Below, piece after piece: positions 1 to 12,799 of a stretch of DNA of 64,000 nucleotides (its first letter is position 1; the number at the start of each line of letters is the position of its first letter). Both the position numbers and the translations under genes were made by a program. The notes under the pieces were generated by a model. That model did not search any database. It was not told the origin of the DNA and worked only from the letters and a program-made list of their open reading frames with translations. The DNA is taken from the NCBI RefSeq assembly GCF_001194135.2, contig NC_068983.1:98521368-98585367 (forward strand), read 5' to 3'. Origin of the DNA: Octopus bimaculoides (lineage: Eukaryota).

Positions 1-618
1 AAATATGCTTTATGCATTTACTCCTTTACTCCTTAGGTGTTCCTGCTATAAGCAACACAAACTAGTAACAATATACTTTAATCCTTATTCTCCATTACAG
101 TTTCCAGTGTTGCTATTGGCAACAACTTTCACTGACACAGTCACAAATATTTTGTAGCTGGAGTTAGTAGAAAATAATTAGAATTCAAAGAATGTAACTG
201 GTTCCTACAAAGTCAGAATTAATTCTATGAAAGAATTATTCGATCAAAAGAAGATGATCACAGAACATTTTCCCATTATATGTTGAAGCTATTCAAAGTT
301 ATTGATAACAATCGATAAACACAGCTTTGAAGCATTTATCTGATGATTTTGATGTTTTTGATTAAAAGCTGATACATCAAAAGCTTCTGTTGTCACATGG
401 AAATATTGGCAATAAATTCTGTTTCTAGAGTGAATAGGACTTTAATCGATATCAATCAACTGTATGAAGATATTCTGTTAGTTCTGAAGGTTTCTTGCAT
501 TAAACAAAATGTATTCATATCCCAAGTTTTAACCAAACCCTGATGTTTAGCTCCAGGTCAGATTTGATTGATTGAGCAGATCTATGATCAAAGGCATTCC
601 AATCGTGACCACCTTGCA

Positions 619-670
619 GTGTACAATAATAGTGTACAATAATAGTGTACAATAATAGTGTACAATAATA
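619..670. repeat. 13-bp tandem repeat (GTGTACAATAATA)x4
   Basis: Four exact adjacent copies read directly. Confidence 0.9.
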
Positions 671-1611
671 ACAACGTTGTTGTTGCTGTCGTGAAGAAGA
701 GTGACAATATTTTTTTTACTGTAATTTAGGGAGGTCGTTGTTGTGACGGTGACGTATAGAAATAATTGTTGTAACTGCAATAATACTGTAGTGAGATCGT
801 TGTTATTATTAAGATGATGAAGAGAAATTATTGTTACTACAGCTATGTAGTATCTTCAATGTTGCTGTTATTGTGAGATAGTGACATCATTGTTATTCAG
901 ATCCATATCAGCCTTAATCAATCAGATCCATGATTAAATGTGTTCTGGTCACAACCATCCTGTTCTTTTTAGAGGCTCAGTGTATCTAGACATACTTATT
1001 ACAGCCATCATATTTTTAGACGCTGGGCTCTGATTGGTCCTAGTTTTAGCTATTATGATTTCTTCTAAGTCAAGTAACAGAATAGAGGATCTCTCACTGG
1101 CTTGTTATATTCTGTTACTGGTTCAGGCATGTACTTTGGCAGGTCTTCCAAGACATGTGAGACTGATAGCATTAATGTTCATATTGAAATACTGCAAGTT
1201 GACACCTTGGTATCTTGTTACATTTCTGTTATAGTGTACTTTAAAAAAGATTTGGCAGCTATTTCTAGCAGGTCGATAAACCATGTAATGGTTTCATCTT
1301 TGTCATGTCTGTGGTGTCCCCATAGAAACACTGAGGTGTAACTTCCACTATGTCAGCAATGGAGGGTTCTGGCTGGCTAAAGTTAGATAATTTTAAATGC
1401 TTGTAACTTTTTTATTATTAATTTTCAGGAAAAAAAAGAAGAACATGAATGTGATTAGCAGTTCGGCAAAAGAGCCTGATAGAATAAGTACTAGGCTTAC
1501 AAAGAATAAGTCCTGAGGTTGATTTGTTCGACTAAAGGCGGTGCTCCAGCATGGTTGCAGTCAAATGATTGAAACAAATAAAATAAAAATAAAAACAGAT
1601 GTTTGTATATA

Positions 1612-1619
<8 letters not shown>

Positions 1620-1697
<78 letters not shown>
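1620..1697. repeat. (TA)n microsatellite, followed by CA/TACC low-complexity sequence to ~1890
   Basis: Seen directly; source of the YIYI ORFs. Confidence 0.95.
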
Positions 1698-1703
<6 letters not shown>

Positions 1704-2317
1704 CACACATATACATATTCATTCATACATATGAACATACATACATCTATACATGCATATACACACATTCATATATACCTACCTACCTACCTACGTACCT
1801 ACCTACCTACCTACCTACATACATACATACATATATATATACAATACATACAAACACACACTCACACACACACACACACATGTACATACAAAAGTTAATT
1901 AGAATGTTTCATGACTAGAAATTTTGTACAACCTTGGTGGCATTTTTGTTTTGTAGACATTATCACTGTACCTGCAGTATTGTGTAATTCTTGGATAAAG
2001 CAACATAGAAATTGTAAATATATATATCAGTTGGGATGAACAGACTTATTTTCCAGCTGTCAATCTATTATTTTACATTGTGATTAGCATTAATATTTAG
2101 TAACTGTCATTAGGAAATCCAATTGGACTGGTAACAGTGATAGCAGAGTAGTGTCAGAAGTCTCAGTTTAATCCTTGGTACAATTGTGTAATTTCCAGTC
2201 TGTAACAATGTGGCCTTCAATCATACATTGTATTGTTTATTCCAAGTCTTGACTTATTGGGAGGTTTATCAGACTGATTTAACCCTTTGCCCAAAATTTA
2301 TACCTGTTTTATGTACA

Positions 2318-2624
2318 GGCGTAGGAGTGGCTGTGTGGTAAGTAGCTTGCTTACCAACCACATGGTTCCAGGTTCAGTCCCACTGCGTGGCACCTTGGGC
2401 AAGTGTCTTCTACTATAGCCTCGGGCCGACCAAAGCCTTGTGAGTGGATTTGGTAGACGGAAACTGAAAGAAGCTCGTCGTATGTGTGTATATATATGTG
2501 TGTATGTATGTATGTGTGTGTATATGTTTGTGTATCTGTGTTTGTCCCCCCAACATCGCTTGACAACCGATGCTGGTGTGTTTACGTCCCCGTAACTTAG
2601 CGGTTCAGCAAAAGAGACCGATAG
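2318..2624 (+). mobile_element. tRNA-head SINE family A (head, internal microsatellite, tail), cut by a gap
   Basis: GGCGTAGGAGTGGCTGTGTGGTAAG head with A-box-like TGGCTGTGTGG, B-box-like GGTTCAGTCC and CORE-like CCTTGGGCAAGT; more than 15 homologous copies or half-copies in the window. Confidence 0.9.
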
Positions 2625-3171
2625 NNNNNNNNNNNNNNNNNNNNNNNNNNNNNNNNNNNNNNNNNNNNNNNNNNNNNNNNNNNNNNNNNNNNNNNNNNNN
2701 NNNNNNNNNNNNNNNNNNNNNNNNNNNNNNNNNNNNNNNNNNNNNNNNNNNNNNNNNNNNNNNNNNNNNNNNNNNNNNNNNNNNNNNNNNNNNNNNNNNN
2801 NNNNNNNNNNNNNNNNNNNNNNNNNNNNNNNNNNNNNNNNNNNNNNNNNNNNNNNNNNNNNNNNNNNNNNNNNNNNNNNNNNNNNNNNNNNNNNNNNNNN
2901 NNNNNNNNNNNNNNNNNNNNNNNNNNNNNNNNNNNNNNNNNNNNNNNNNNNNNNNNNNNNNNNNNNNNNNNNNNNNNNNNNNNNNNNNNNNNNNNNNNNN
3001 NNNNNNNNNNNNNNNNNNNNNNNNNNNNAAAGTCAACCTCAGTGGAATTTGAAGTCAGAGCTTAAAGACAGATGAAATGCCATTAAGCATTTTACTCAAT
3101 GATTCTGCCAGCTTGCCATCCTAAATGTTGCAATAAGTGATTTTTTTCTCCATGTTAAGAATATCATTTGA

Positions 3172-3405
3172 GGGCGGTGAACTGGCAGAAACGTTTGCAC
3201 GCCGGGCGAAACGCTTAGCGATATTTCATCTGCCATTACGTGCTGAGTTCAAATTCCACCGAGGTCGACTTTGCTTTTCCTCCTTTCAGGGTTGATTAAA
3301 TAAGTATCAGTTACACACTGGGGTCAATCTAATCGACTTAATCCCTTTGTCTGTCCTTGTCTGTCCCCTTTATGTTTAGCCCCCTGTGAACAATAAAGAA
3401 ATAAA
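3172..3405 (+). mobile_element. tRNA-head SINE family B
   Basis: GGCGGTGA.CTGGCAGAA head, GAGTTCAAATTCC B-box, conserved GTCGACTTTGC.TTTC.TCCTTTC.GGG block; many copies. An inverted copy follows at ~3445-3655. Confidence 0.9.
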
Positions 3406-4133
3406 TTATTTATTGAATCAACAACAGATAAGAGATAATATTGGTTTCAAATTTTAGCACAAGGCCAGAAATTTCATGAAAAGGGTTAAGTTGATTACAT
3501 CGACCCCAGTGCTTAACTGGTACTTATTTTATCGACCCTGAAAGGATGAAAGGCAAAGTCAACCTCAGAGGAATTTGAACTCAGTATATAAACACAGATA
3601 AATGCCACTAAACATTTTGCCTGACATGCTAATGATTCTGCCAGCTTGATGCCTCAGATAATGGAAAATATTGCTTGATAAAATTCTTTATCCAAGAAAA
3701 CTAGTGATGGTCAGTTTCAGTGAATATTAACCAATTGCAGAGTTTGTAAAAGATTTTGGTTGATCTAAACTTTGCTACAAGTTCTTCTTTATAATATTGC
3801 TTGGTCTAATGGACTGTCAAAAATTTGATTTATTTACCATTTTGTGTTCAATACTGCCATCAGAGTCCAGTTCCTTTTCTTCACAAGCATGAAGCGGAAA
3901 ATCAGCCAAGTTACAGTTTTATTAATGCATAGCCTCATATTCAGGGCAGCTTTCACTTTTGTCACTCGCTCTCAAAATCAAGAAAGAGTCATGACTTTAT
4001 TCATGTGAGCAGTTCTGCCAGCTTTCTTTAAGACAAACTTTAATGGAAAATTCCCCTTAGAAACACTGTGATTTAGACATCAAAAAGAAAATCATTTTGC
4101 AAAAGACCATGAAATGTAAGAACAACAACTTTA

Positions 4134-4351
4134 TTTGAGGGGGTGCTGAAAAGTTCTTGGCTTTAAGGGTATCGTAAAAGGCCTGGCTGGAGGCCCAATC
4201 TTCCGAATTGTTTTACAAGGCTTAGGAAAACTAAAGAATCACTGCAATGAATATGTGAATCTGTGAGGGGAATACATTGAATGAAATCATGATTAACTGA
4301 TCTGCCTGTATTTTCTTTACCCAAAGTGTGGAACTTTTCAGCACCTCTTTG
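4134..4351. mobile_element. mariner-type MITE
   Basis: Terminal inverted repeats GAGG..GTGCTGAAAAGTTC / GAACTTTTCAGCACCTC with TA at both flanks. Confidence 0.75.
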
Positions 4352-4821
4352 TACATATACCTTGACATTTATGGTACTCCATTTCAACTGATAAGACTAT
4401 AAGGTTTGAATTTTATTTTATCAGTTTGTTGTTGGCCCCAATGCAGCAATCAGAAACTCATGTCAATGGAAATCGGTAAATGGAAAGTTGAATGAACTGT
4501 AGAACTCCTTTGTTAGAACAATGAAACCAATTTTGCAGATGCAAGCAGTAATAATTGGTTGACCTAAATAGTCTTCTATATACTCAATAGATGTTCAATC
4601 AAGTTATAACTTTCCAAAGCCACTAAGACCATTAACAGAGCAAAAATTTTAATTTAGGCTGTTGTTTTGTGTGACGGTCATATAAGCTTATAAAGCATGT
4701 TGTTGCTCTTGGTTCAATATTTTCTTTTGACTATTTGTTTCAATTCTCTAGGAGATATCTTGAAGTGATTCAGAGACAACCCTAAGATGAGCTGAAGAAG
4801 AGATAAAAATTAGCAAACATT

Positions 4822-4954
<133 letters not shown>

Positions 4955-5129
4955 GTGATAAATTTACAAAACTCGTAAGTCCTTCACTCTACTGGCCTGT
5001 AAATAGCATTTTTACCATTGTCTAAAAAAAAGAGCTACAGAGGTATACACCCTGTCCTGCAGAAAAAAATAAAATGAATAAAAAAAACAAGAATTATACC
5101 ACATTGATGAGAATCAATCAGAGATTTAA

Positions 5130-5348
5130 CTCTTTAGCATTAAACCAGCCACATCTGGCAAAAATATCCTACTTGTTTTATGTTCAAACTAGCCAAATCC
5201 AGCCTCTCACACCTACCCTATAATGTCATTCTAAAAATAAACAATCCCATCATTGAAATCTCAAAGCTAAGGGATAATGCATAATTAATTGAAAACAATG
5301 TGAATGAATAAGCATTACTTTTGACAGAATAATGTGAATGCTAAAGAG
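5130..5348. mobile_element. piggyBac-type MITE
   Basis: TTAA on both sides; TIR CTCTTTAGCATT / AATGCTAAAGAG; homologous copy at 12364-12580. Confidence 0.85.
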
Positions 5349-6174
5349 TTAAAGAGATATAAAGGTAAATGCCCCCAAAAAACTAATATCATCATCATGT
5401 GCCATATTCTGCCAGAGTTTTGGTGACCATATTCTTTTACTGTGAGGGAGATACTGTACATGGTCCCCAATATCCTTCATGCAGCACAGCTGATCCTGGA
5501 AGAGAGAGACAGACAGACAAACAGACATGAATCAACACCATTACTCAGTTGATCTTTTATCTCATCATTTCCAAAAGGACAAAAGCGAGTTTCAGCCTGG
5601 AGACTTTTCAATTAAGAACACATGCAAATAACAAGAATAAATATATTGCAAAGCATTTGTTGGGTACTCTAGCAACTTTTTCAATCAACCATCCTATAAT
5701 TAATTTACACATTCCAGCCATGACTATCCCACTTTCTTGTATATCAATGATAATGTTGTATAATGTGACATTTAAGATGATAACATATGATATGAAGAAG
5801 AATTGTTCTTTTAGTTGCTATTTTGTAACTAAGTCATACACGATATCCTGGATCTCCTTGACAAATCAGCCATTCCCACAATGTCTGACTGCTGAGAATA
5901 TCTCCCTCTCATGATGACAAATGTAGTCTGTTGAGAATATCTCCCTCTTGTGATGACAACTGTAGACCTGCCAGAGGTCTACAGCCCTTCCCTGACCTTG
6001 AACAAGACCTGGACACACTCAAAAGACGTGTCTATCTTCAAGTTGTTGTGGTTAGAGACTAGAGCTATGAGCATGGTATGTCTTTCTAAAGGCACACATT
6101 GTTAAAGGCTCTAGTCTATCATATTAGAAACTGCCATGTTGATGCTGTCTATATACCTGAAAAACAAATAAGGG

Positions 6175-6328
6175 ACAGGTGTACCTGTGTGGTTAGGAGT
6201 TCCCAACCACATGGTTCCAGGTTCAGTCCCACTCTGTAGCATCTTGGGCAAGGGTTTTCTACTGTAGCCCTGGGCAGATCAAAGCTCTGTGAGGGGATTT
6301 GGTAGATGGAAACTGAAAGAAGCCCATC

Positions 6329-6369
<41 letters not shown>

Positions 6370-6590
6370 GTCCCACCACCACTTGTTGGTTTACTCTTTT
6401 ACTTGTTTCAGTCATTTAACTGCAGCCAAGCTGGAGCACTACCTTAAGGGGTTTTTAGTCAAAGAAATTGACCCCCAGGACTTATTCTTTGTAAGCCTAG
6501 TACTTATTCTATTGCTAAGTTATGGAGACATAAACACACCAGCATCAGTTATCAAGCAATGGTAGGGGAACAAATACAGACACAAAGGCA
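6175..6590. mobile_element. SINE family A head (+, 6175-6380) abutting an inverted family A tail (-, 6385-6590)
   Basis: Homology to the other copies in both orientations. Confidence 0.8.
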
Positions 6591-6652
6591 TACACATACA
6601 TAAATATATACATATACACATACATAAATATATACATACACACATACATGCA

Positions 6653-6688
<36 letters not shown>

Positions 6689-7136
6689 TATAAATATCAA
6701 AAGGATGTGTTATAATACTATTCCACAACCATACCAAACAATCCAACATACCTCCATCATCAGCTGCCCCACAGATATCATTATGGTTTTGACACCTGGG
6801 CAGTACCGTTCAATCCGTCGGTGTCAACAGCACTAAAGTAAGTGTTGTTAGGGAACAAATAAACCTAAGAAACAACTTTCAAACACACTTGAAACTATAT
6901 CGATAAATAAATTCCATAAATTGGTCCAGAATTTTGGAAAAAAATCTTTTTATTTATTCTTTATTATTAGTGCTTTTGCTCGTTTCTCAAACTTGTCAAA
7001 TAGAATTTTGTGAATGTACAAACAACTTGTTCATTTATATAAAACATATTTTTGTGGGGTTTTGTTTAGAAGAGGAGAACATTGTTTTTGGGTTGTTTTT
7101 TTTGGAGGGGGGGTGAGGTTCCATGACATTGGAGAT

Positions 7137-7176
7137 AGATAGAAAGATAGGTAGGTTGATAGATAAATAGATAGAC

Positions 7177-7250
<74 letters not shown>
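7137..7250. repeat. (AGAT)n microsatellite
   Basis: Seen directly. Confidence 0.95.
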
Positions 7251-7251
<1 letters not shown>

Positions 7252-7444
7252 GGGGAAAGAGAGGAGGGGAAGTCGGATCCCCCTTTCTATTCACCATTCA
7301 TTCATTTAGTCATTTACCATTGTATTGAAATGGGTTTAAGGATGGTGACCTCTTCAAGTGGTGTGGTCATCACTGAGAGTCTTTTTGCTTTTTTTCTCTC
7401 TTTCTTCCTTTCTTTCTTTTTTCCTTTTCCTTTTTTTTCTTTTT

Positions 7445-7612
7445 GTATATATATACAACAGGCCTCTTTCAGTTTCCATCTACTAAATCCACTCACAAGG
7501 CTTTGGTCAGCCTGAGCTGTAGTAGAAGACACTTGCCCAAGGTGCCATGCAGTGGGACTAAATCCAGAACTATGTGGTTAGGAAGCAAGCTTCTTACCAC
7601 ACAGCCATACCT
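7445..7612 (-). mobile_element. SINE family A head
   Basis: Reverse complement of the family A head. Confidence 0.85.
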
Positions 7613-8310
7613 GCACCTAGCCATGCCTGAATAAGTACCAAGCTTAAAAGCAATGTTCTTTTTTTTTTTTTACTAAACTTTTTGGGGCAGTGTCCCAACA
7701 CAACTTGCAATCCAATGACTGAAACAAGTAAAAGAAAAAAGATGTTTAAACTTTGGTGTGTGTTGCATAATATCCAGAGAAATCATCTATTTATGGCCAG
7801 TTAAAGTTGTGTGCACAAATGCCAGATGTACCTTATACACAGCTTTATTTGCCTACCAAACTCCAAATGCCTGTATACCTAATTGCAGGTACACACAAAT
7901 ACACACTTGAACAAGAAGATATGTGTAAATTCTTTTTCCCAAATACACATTCTATGTCTCTGTACTACGAACATACAGATGCAATCACATACACACAACA
8001 CAACAGTATGTTATTCTAGCAGGTGCTAGAGAAAAATATAAAGTAAGAAAAAAAGCAGGATAAAACAATAACAAAACTATAAAATAAATAGTAATGAGGT
8101 AAGAAGTGAAAGTTCTGTTTAATTACCATCCAGTGTGGTGGTATTAGCTAACTACTGATTAACACTTATGAAGAAGAAAAAAAAAAAAAAGCTACCAATG
8201 CTTCTGCAGCAAAAAATGCAGAATTATATTTATAAAGTACAAAAGGAAAAAATATTATTTAGAATTATGTATAAAATATCTGGAAATAGATATTTGTAAA
8301 GAAATCAAAC

Positions 8311-8428
8311 CTGTCTTCTTTCAAGCATAAAAATGATGAGATCAATCATCTCAGGGTTAAGCTGCTCTGCATTTAGATCACAGGGTAAATCGAAGTAGCA
8401 TGATTTAAATAGTTTGCATAATGTTGTA
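8311..8428 (-). CDS. Candidate internal coding exon of an unknown gene (TTLCKLFKSCYFDLPCDLNAEQLNPEMIDLIIFMLERRQ)
   Basis: Acceptor ttcattcaaactgttacag, 118 nt with one open frame (1 nt + 39 codons), donor CAG|gtttga; unique, non-repeat sequence. No homology recognised. Confidence 0.3.
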
Positions 8429-8664
8429 CTGTAACAGTTTGAATGAAAACTACATTAGATATTTTTTTTAAATAGTTCAATAAGAAGAAATTAGTGATGG
8501 TCTGTCAGCATCAGTAAACAGTAATGTAAAGGCTCCAAAAACAAAGGTAAAGAATTTATTCCACTATTTGAACATCGTTAAATATACTTCTTACTCCCAA
8601 GTTATTATTATTTACAAATTATGTAAAGAATACCAGCAGTTCAGTTGGCATAAAAGGTATGTAT

Positions 8665-9240
8665 CATCATCATCACCATCATTTAACATCCATTTTCCAT
8701 GCTGGCATAGGTTGGATGGCTTGACCAGAGCTGGCAAGCTGAAGAGCTATACCAGATTCCAGCTTGATTTGGTTTGGTTTCAATGGCTGCATGAATGCAA
8801 ATGTCATTATGTAAAAATGTAAAAACATTTTTTTTTTCAAGAATCATACCATCCGTATGCCACAAGTGTGGCTGTGTGATAAAAAGTTTTCTTCTCAACC
8901 ACATGTTTCTGGGATCAATCCCACTGCATAGCACCTTGGGTGTCTTCTACTATATAGCCTCAGGCTGACCAAAGCTTTGTGAATTGATTTAATAGATGGA
9001 AACTGAAAGAAGCTGGTTGTATATATATGTGTGTGTGTATGTATGTATTTATGTATGTCATCATCATCATTTAATGTTCACTTTCCATGCTGGCATGGGT
9101 TGAACAGTTTGACAGAAGCTGGCTTGACAGAAGACTACACCAGGCTTCAGTATCTATTTTGAAATGATTTTTACAGCTGGATGCCTTTCCTAACTTGAAC
9201 ACCTCACAGAGTAGACTAAATGCTTTTTACATGGCACCAT
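8665..9240. mobile_element. Two RTE-type 3' tail repeats (-; 8665-8790 and 9057-9240) with a SINE A head (+, ~8865-9055) between them
   Basis: (CAT)n-TTTAA..TCCA.TTTCCATGCTGGCATGGGTT motif shared with ~10 other copies. Confidence 0.75.
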
Positions 9241-9277
9241 ATATATACATATATATAATCAAAATATATATATATAC

Positions 9278-9636
9278 AATCAAAATAAGCAATAGGATAT
9301 CTAGAGGTAATGCAGTACAATCGTTTCAAGCAATTCCATTTAATTGAACAATGCAACCATTACATCAATTTAAATGCAGAGCAATCCTCAGCTGCATAAA
9401 TTAAATTAAAACAGATGGACACATTAGTATAATTTTACCTAAAACCTCCAGAAGGTTTTAGGTAAAATTATACTAATGTGTCCATCTGTTTTAATTCAAT
9501 TTAATTCTATGTATTTATGCAGCTAAGGATTGCTGTGCATTTAAATTGATGTAATAGTTGCATTGTTCATTAAAATGGAGTCGCTTGAAACGATTGTACT
9601 GCATTACCTCTAGATATCCTGTTGCTTATTTTGATT
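9278..9636. repeat. ~360-bp near-perfect palindrome (5-nt loop) with a hammerhead-like motif in each arm
   Basis: Arms 9278-9447 and 9453-9636 are reverse complements, with a small indel; loop CCAGA. Confidence 0.9.
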
Positions 9637-9713
9637 TTAATCACCTTATTTTGAAACTGTATGGATAATACCGTACTAAATTCTGGTGCCTCAACTTAAG
9701 TACCTAATTCATC

Positions 9714-9752
<39 letters not shown>

Positions 9753-9794
9753 TTAATGAATGGAGTAAAACGCATATGTTAACTGCATACTTTT

Positions 9795-9881
9795 ATTTCC
9801 AACATATGTTTTGAAGATTACAAATTATACCTTCCATAGGAATCGGCAATGTTAAAAATGTAATCTTCTCTTCAGGGAAAT
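9795..9881 (-). ncRNA. Minimal type-I hammerhead ribozyme motif, G12>A (probably inactive)
   Basis: Minus strand: ATTTCC-CTGAAGA-GAAGATTACA-loop-TGTAATCTTC-AAAA-CATATG-TT-GGAAAT. Stem I 6 bp, stem II 10 bp, palindromic stem III ACATATGT. Confidence 0.7.
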
Positions 9882-10177
9882 GCATGGGAACCAGCTTAAA
9901 CGTAAGACATTTTAACCGAATATGAGAACTATGGTTCTCATAGTTCTCAAATGGTGTTTTTTACAAGCCACTGGTAAGTACATATATGCACATAATGGAA
10001 GGGTTTCACGTAAGTATGAAATGCAATAAAATGAAACAGTACTGAATACTCTTAGGTAAAGTAGAGTAACATTATCCATTGGACCAGCATTGAGATAAAT
10101 ATGGGATGTTTGGGCTAAATTTGACAGTATTTTAAAAGATTAAAAAAAGTTATGTAGCTCGATAACATATGTATGTA

Positions 10178-10410
10178 AGGCGGCAAGCTAGCAGAAACGT
10201 TAGCATGCCGGGCAAAATGCTTAGCGGTATTTCATCTGCCGTTACATTCTGAGTTCAAATTCCACCAAGGTCGACTTTGCCTTTCATCCTTTCGGGGTCG
10301 ATAAATTAAGTACCAGTTACGAACTGGGGTCGATGTAATCGACTTAATCTGTTTGTCTGTCCTTGTTTGTCCCCTCTATGTTTAACCTCTTGTGGGCAAT
10401 AAAGAAATAA
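10178..10410 (+). mobile_element. SINE family B with 17-bp target-site duplication
   Basis: GATAACATATGTATGTA at 10161-10177 and 10411-10427. Confidence 0.9.
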
Positions 10411-10429
10411 GATAACATATGTATGTAGC

Positions 10430-10593
10430 TCGTAGGAGTGGCTGTGTGGTAAGTAGCTTGCTTATGAACCACATGGTTCCGGGTTCAGTCCCACTGTGTG
10501 GCACTTTGGGCAAGTGTCTTCTATTATAGCCTCGAACTGACCAAAGCCTTGTGAGTGGATTTGGTAGATGGAAACTGAAAGAAGCCCGTCGTA

Positions 10594-10642
<49 letters not shown>

Positions 10643-10870
10643 ATATGTTTGTGTGTCTGTGTTTGTCCCCCGCCCCCAACATCGCTTGACAACCGATGCT
10701 GGTGTGTTTACGTCCCCATAACTTAGCAGTTCAGCAAAAGAGACCGAGAGAATAAGTACTAGGCTTACAAAGAATAAGTCCTGGGGTCGATTTGCTCGAC
10801 TAAAGGCGGTGCTCTAGCATGGCCACAGTCAAATGACTGAAATAAGTAAAAGAGTAAGAAAAGAGAGAGT
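10430..10870 (+). mobile_element. Full-length SINE family A
   Basis: Head, (TA)/(TG) core and tail ending GAAATAAGTAAAAGAGTAAG. Confidence 0.9.
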
Positions 10871-11613
10871 AATACATACACATATATCAGATAGCCTCAC
10901 ACACACAAACATAAACAAAAATCATGGATGGACACACGCACATACATTTAAGCAAACATAAACTTACAGAGTATACATGCATACACACACCCACACACGC
11001 CCACACACACATACACTTATCAGGTTTACAGTTGCCTCCTTGCCACTCACACCTTTAACAACCTCTTCATCTTCTGGTCATTTCAGCATGAGGTGATCAT
11101 CTAATTGAAACACATTTATTCATTTGTCTCTCCATTTTTTTTTTTCACTCCACACTTATTCTTTCTGTAGAAGAATGCATGTGCAAAACATAAAAGATCT
11201 TACTTTCTATTTTCTTGAGCATAAACCTAATACATTTTGTTTGCTTGTTTATCATTCCGTCGTTGTATTTTTATTCTTTACACCACACTTGCACACACAC
11301 ACACATGCATACATCTAAGCATGAAAACATACATATGTTCATTCATTCAGCCTTTCATTCATACAAGCCAGTCATTCATTCATTCGTACTTACATTCATA
11401 TGTACATGTATGCACATAATGGAAGGGCTTCATGTAAGTATGAAATGCAATTAAGTGAAAAAAAAGTACTGAATACTCTTAGGTAGAGTGGAGTAATATT
11501 ATCCAGTGAAAGCTAGGTCTATCTGAGTAACTGTCTAAAGTTTCTTCCTCCCAGTCTTCAGACAACTGGCACTGATGCTTTCAAAATTTTCTCTTTAAAT
11601 ACAGGCATGGCTA

Positions 11614-11775
11614 GGTACAGGTGTAGTTGTGTGATAAGAAGCTTGCTTCCCAACCACATGGTTCTAGGTTCAGTCCCACTGTGTGGTATCTTGGGCAAGT
11701 GTCTTCTACTATAGTCTCGGGCCAACCCAAGCCTTGTGAGTGGATTTGGTAGATGGAAACCGAAAGAGGGCCTTT

Positions 11776-11816
<41 letters not shown>

Positions 11817-12060
11817 TATGTATGTGTGCATATGTGTCTTTGTGTTTGTGTTTGTTCCCCCCTCCCATCACTGCTTGGCAACCAGTATTGGTGTATTTAC
11901 ATCCCCATAATTTAGCAGTTCAGCAAAAGAGACGGATAGAATAAGTACCAGACTCTAAGAAATAAGTTGCGGGGTCGATTTGTTTGACTAAAACCCTTCA
12001 AGGCAGTGCCCCAGTATGGCTGCAGTCAAATAATTGAAACAAGTAAAAGAATAAAAGAAT
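11614..12060 (+). mobile_element. Full-length SINE family A (older, CpG-decayed)
   Basis: Homology to the 10430 copy. Confidence 0.85.
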
Positions 12061-12363
12061 ATACCTATGGATGGATCTGATTAGGGGACATGGAAAACAA
12101 CTTTGGCAGGTTACACAACTTTGCAAAGTTACACAGGTAAAGAGACAAAGAAGCCAATGCATGAAAAAACACAAAAGAAGGAAAATTAATAAAGAATGTG
12201 AAAGAGAAGGAGAAGGGGCAGGGGAAGATTTTAAATTCTTCTAAAATTTGTACACATTCTTATAGATTAATAATTCTAGGCTGAGAGGATCTTTTAGAAA
12301 TATTAGTCTATATCTATACTGAGTTGATGAATGAAGATATGGTCTTGGAAAACAAGCATTTAA

Positions 12364-12580
12364 CCCTTTGGTTAAATTGGCCATATCCAGCCTAAATATT
12401 CTATCTGTTTTATGTTCAAACAGACCAGATCTGACTTCTTATACCTATCCTACAATATCATGCTAATAACACACACTCACATCTTCAAAATCTCAAAGCT
12501 ACAAGATAATGCATGATTAATTTAAAACAACGTGAAAAAAAATAAGTATTTCATTTAACAGTAATCTGAATGCTTAAGGG
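12364..12580. mobile_element. piggyBac-type MITE, same family as 5130-5348
   Basis: TTAA-CCCTTT...AAGGG-TTAA; internal homology. Confidence 0.8.
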
Positions 12581-12685
12581 TTAAAGAATAGAATTTAGGA
12601 AAGGAATTTGCAATAAACTAGCATATACATTGCCACATCATTAAATGTATAAGTACAACTTTGCAAACAGCTCCACACTGTTAAA

Positions 12686-12785
12686 TTCAGGCAGTACATA
12701 TACTAAAATTAGAATGATATAGAGAAGATTAGCATGGCCCATGCTTAAGTATGACATACAAATTCATGAAACATTCCCTATTTTT
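12686..12785 (+). pseudogene. U6: U6 snRNA pseudogene, slightly 5'-truncated
   Basis: GGCAGTACATATACTAAAATTAGAATGATATAGAGAAGATTAGCATGGCCC...TTCCCTATTTTT. Roughly 85% identical by hand to the conserved U6 sequence; ACAGAGA box mutated to ATAGAGA; many changes are CpG transitions. Confidence 0.92.
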
Positions 12786-12799
12786 AAGTATTAAGGCCA

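Noticed and set aside
1497-1918. YIYI/HTHT/CVCV ORFs here and throughout, and all ORFs spanning N runs
   Set aside because: They are translations of microsatellites or assembly gaps.
3838-3968. Minus-strand exon (RVTKVKAALNMRL...)
   Set aside because: The donor is good but the acceptor is poor. The upstream sequence loosely resembles a decayed hAT C-terminus, and neither reading is supportable.
6775-6837. Plus-strand 63-nt exon (YHYGFDTWAVPFNPSVSTAL)
   Set aside because: Strong donor but weak polypyrimidine tract, no partner exons, and it overlaps a competing minus-strand candidate.
6752-6864. Selenocysteine or editing read-through, or a cadherin DxD motif, in the minus-strand segment
   Set aside because: Multiple stops in the alternative frames, no SECIS seen, and the motif is too short to be significant.
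12686-12785. Functional U6 gene
   Set aside because: ACAGAGA box mutated, 5' end missing, heavy CpG decay, and no evident upstream TATA/PSE.
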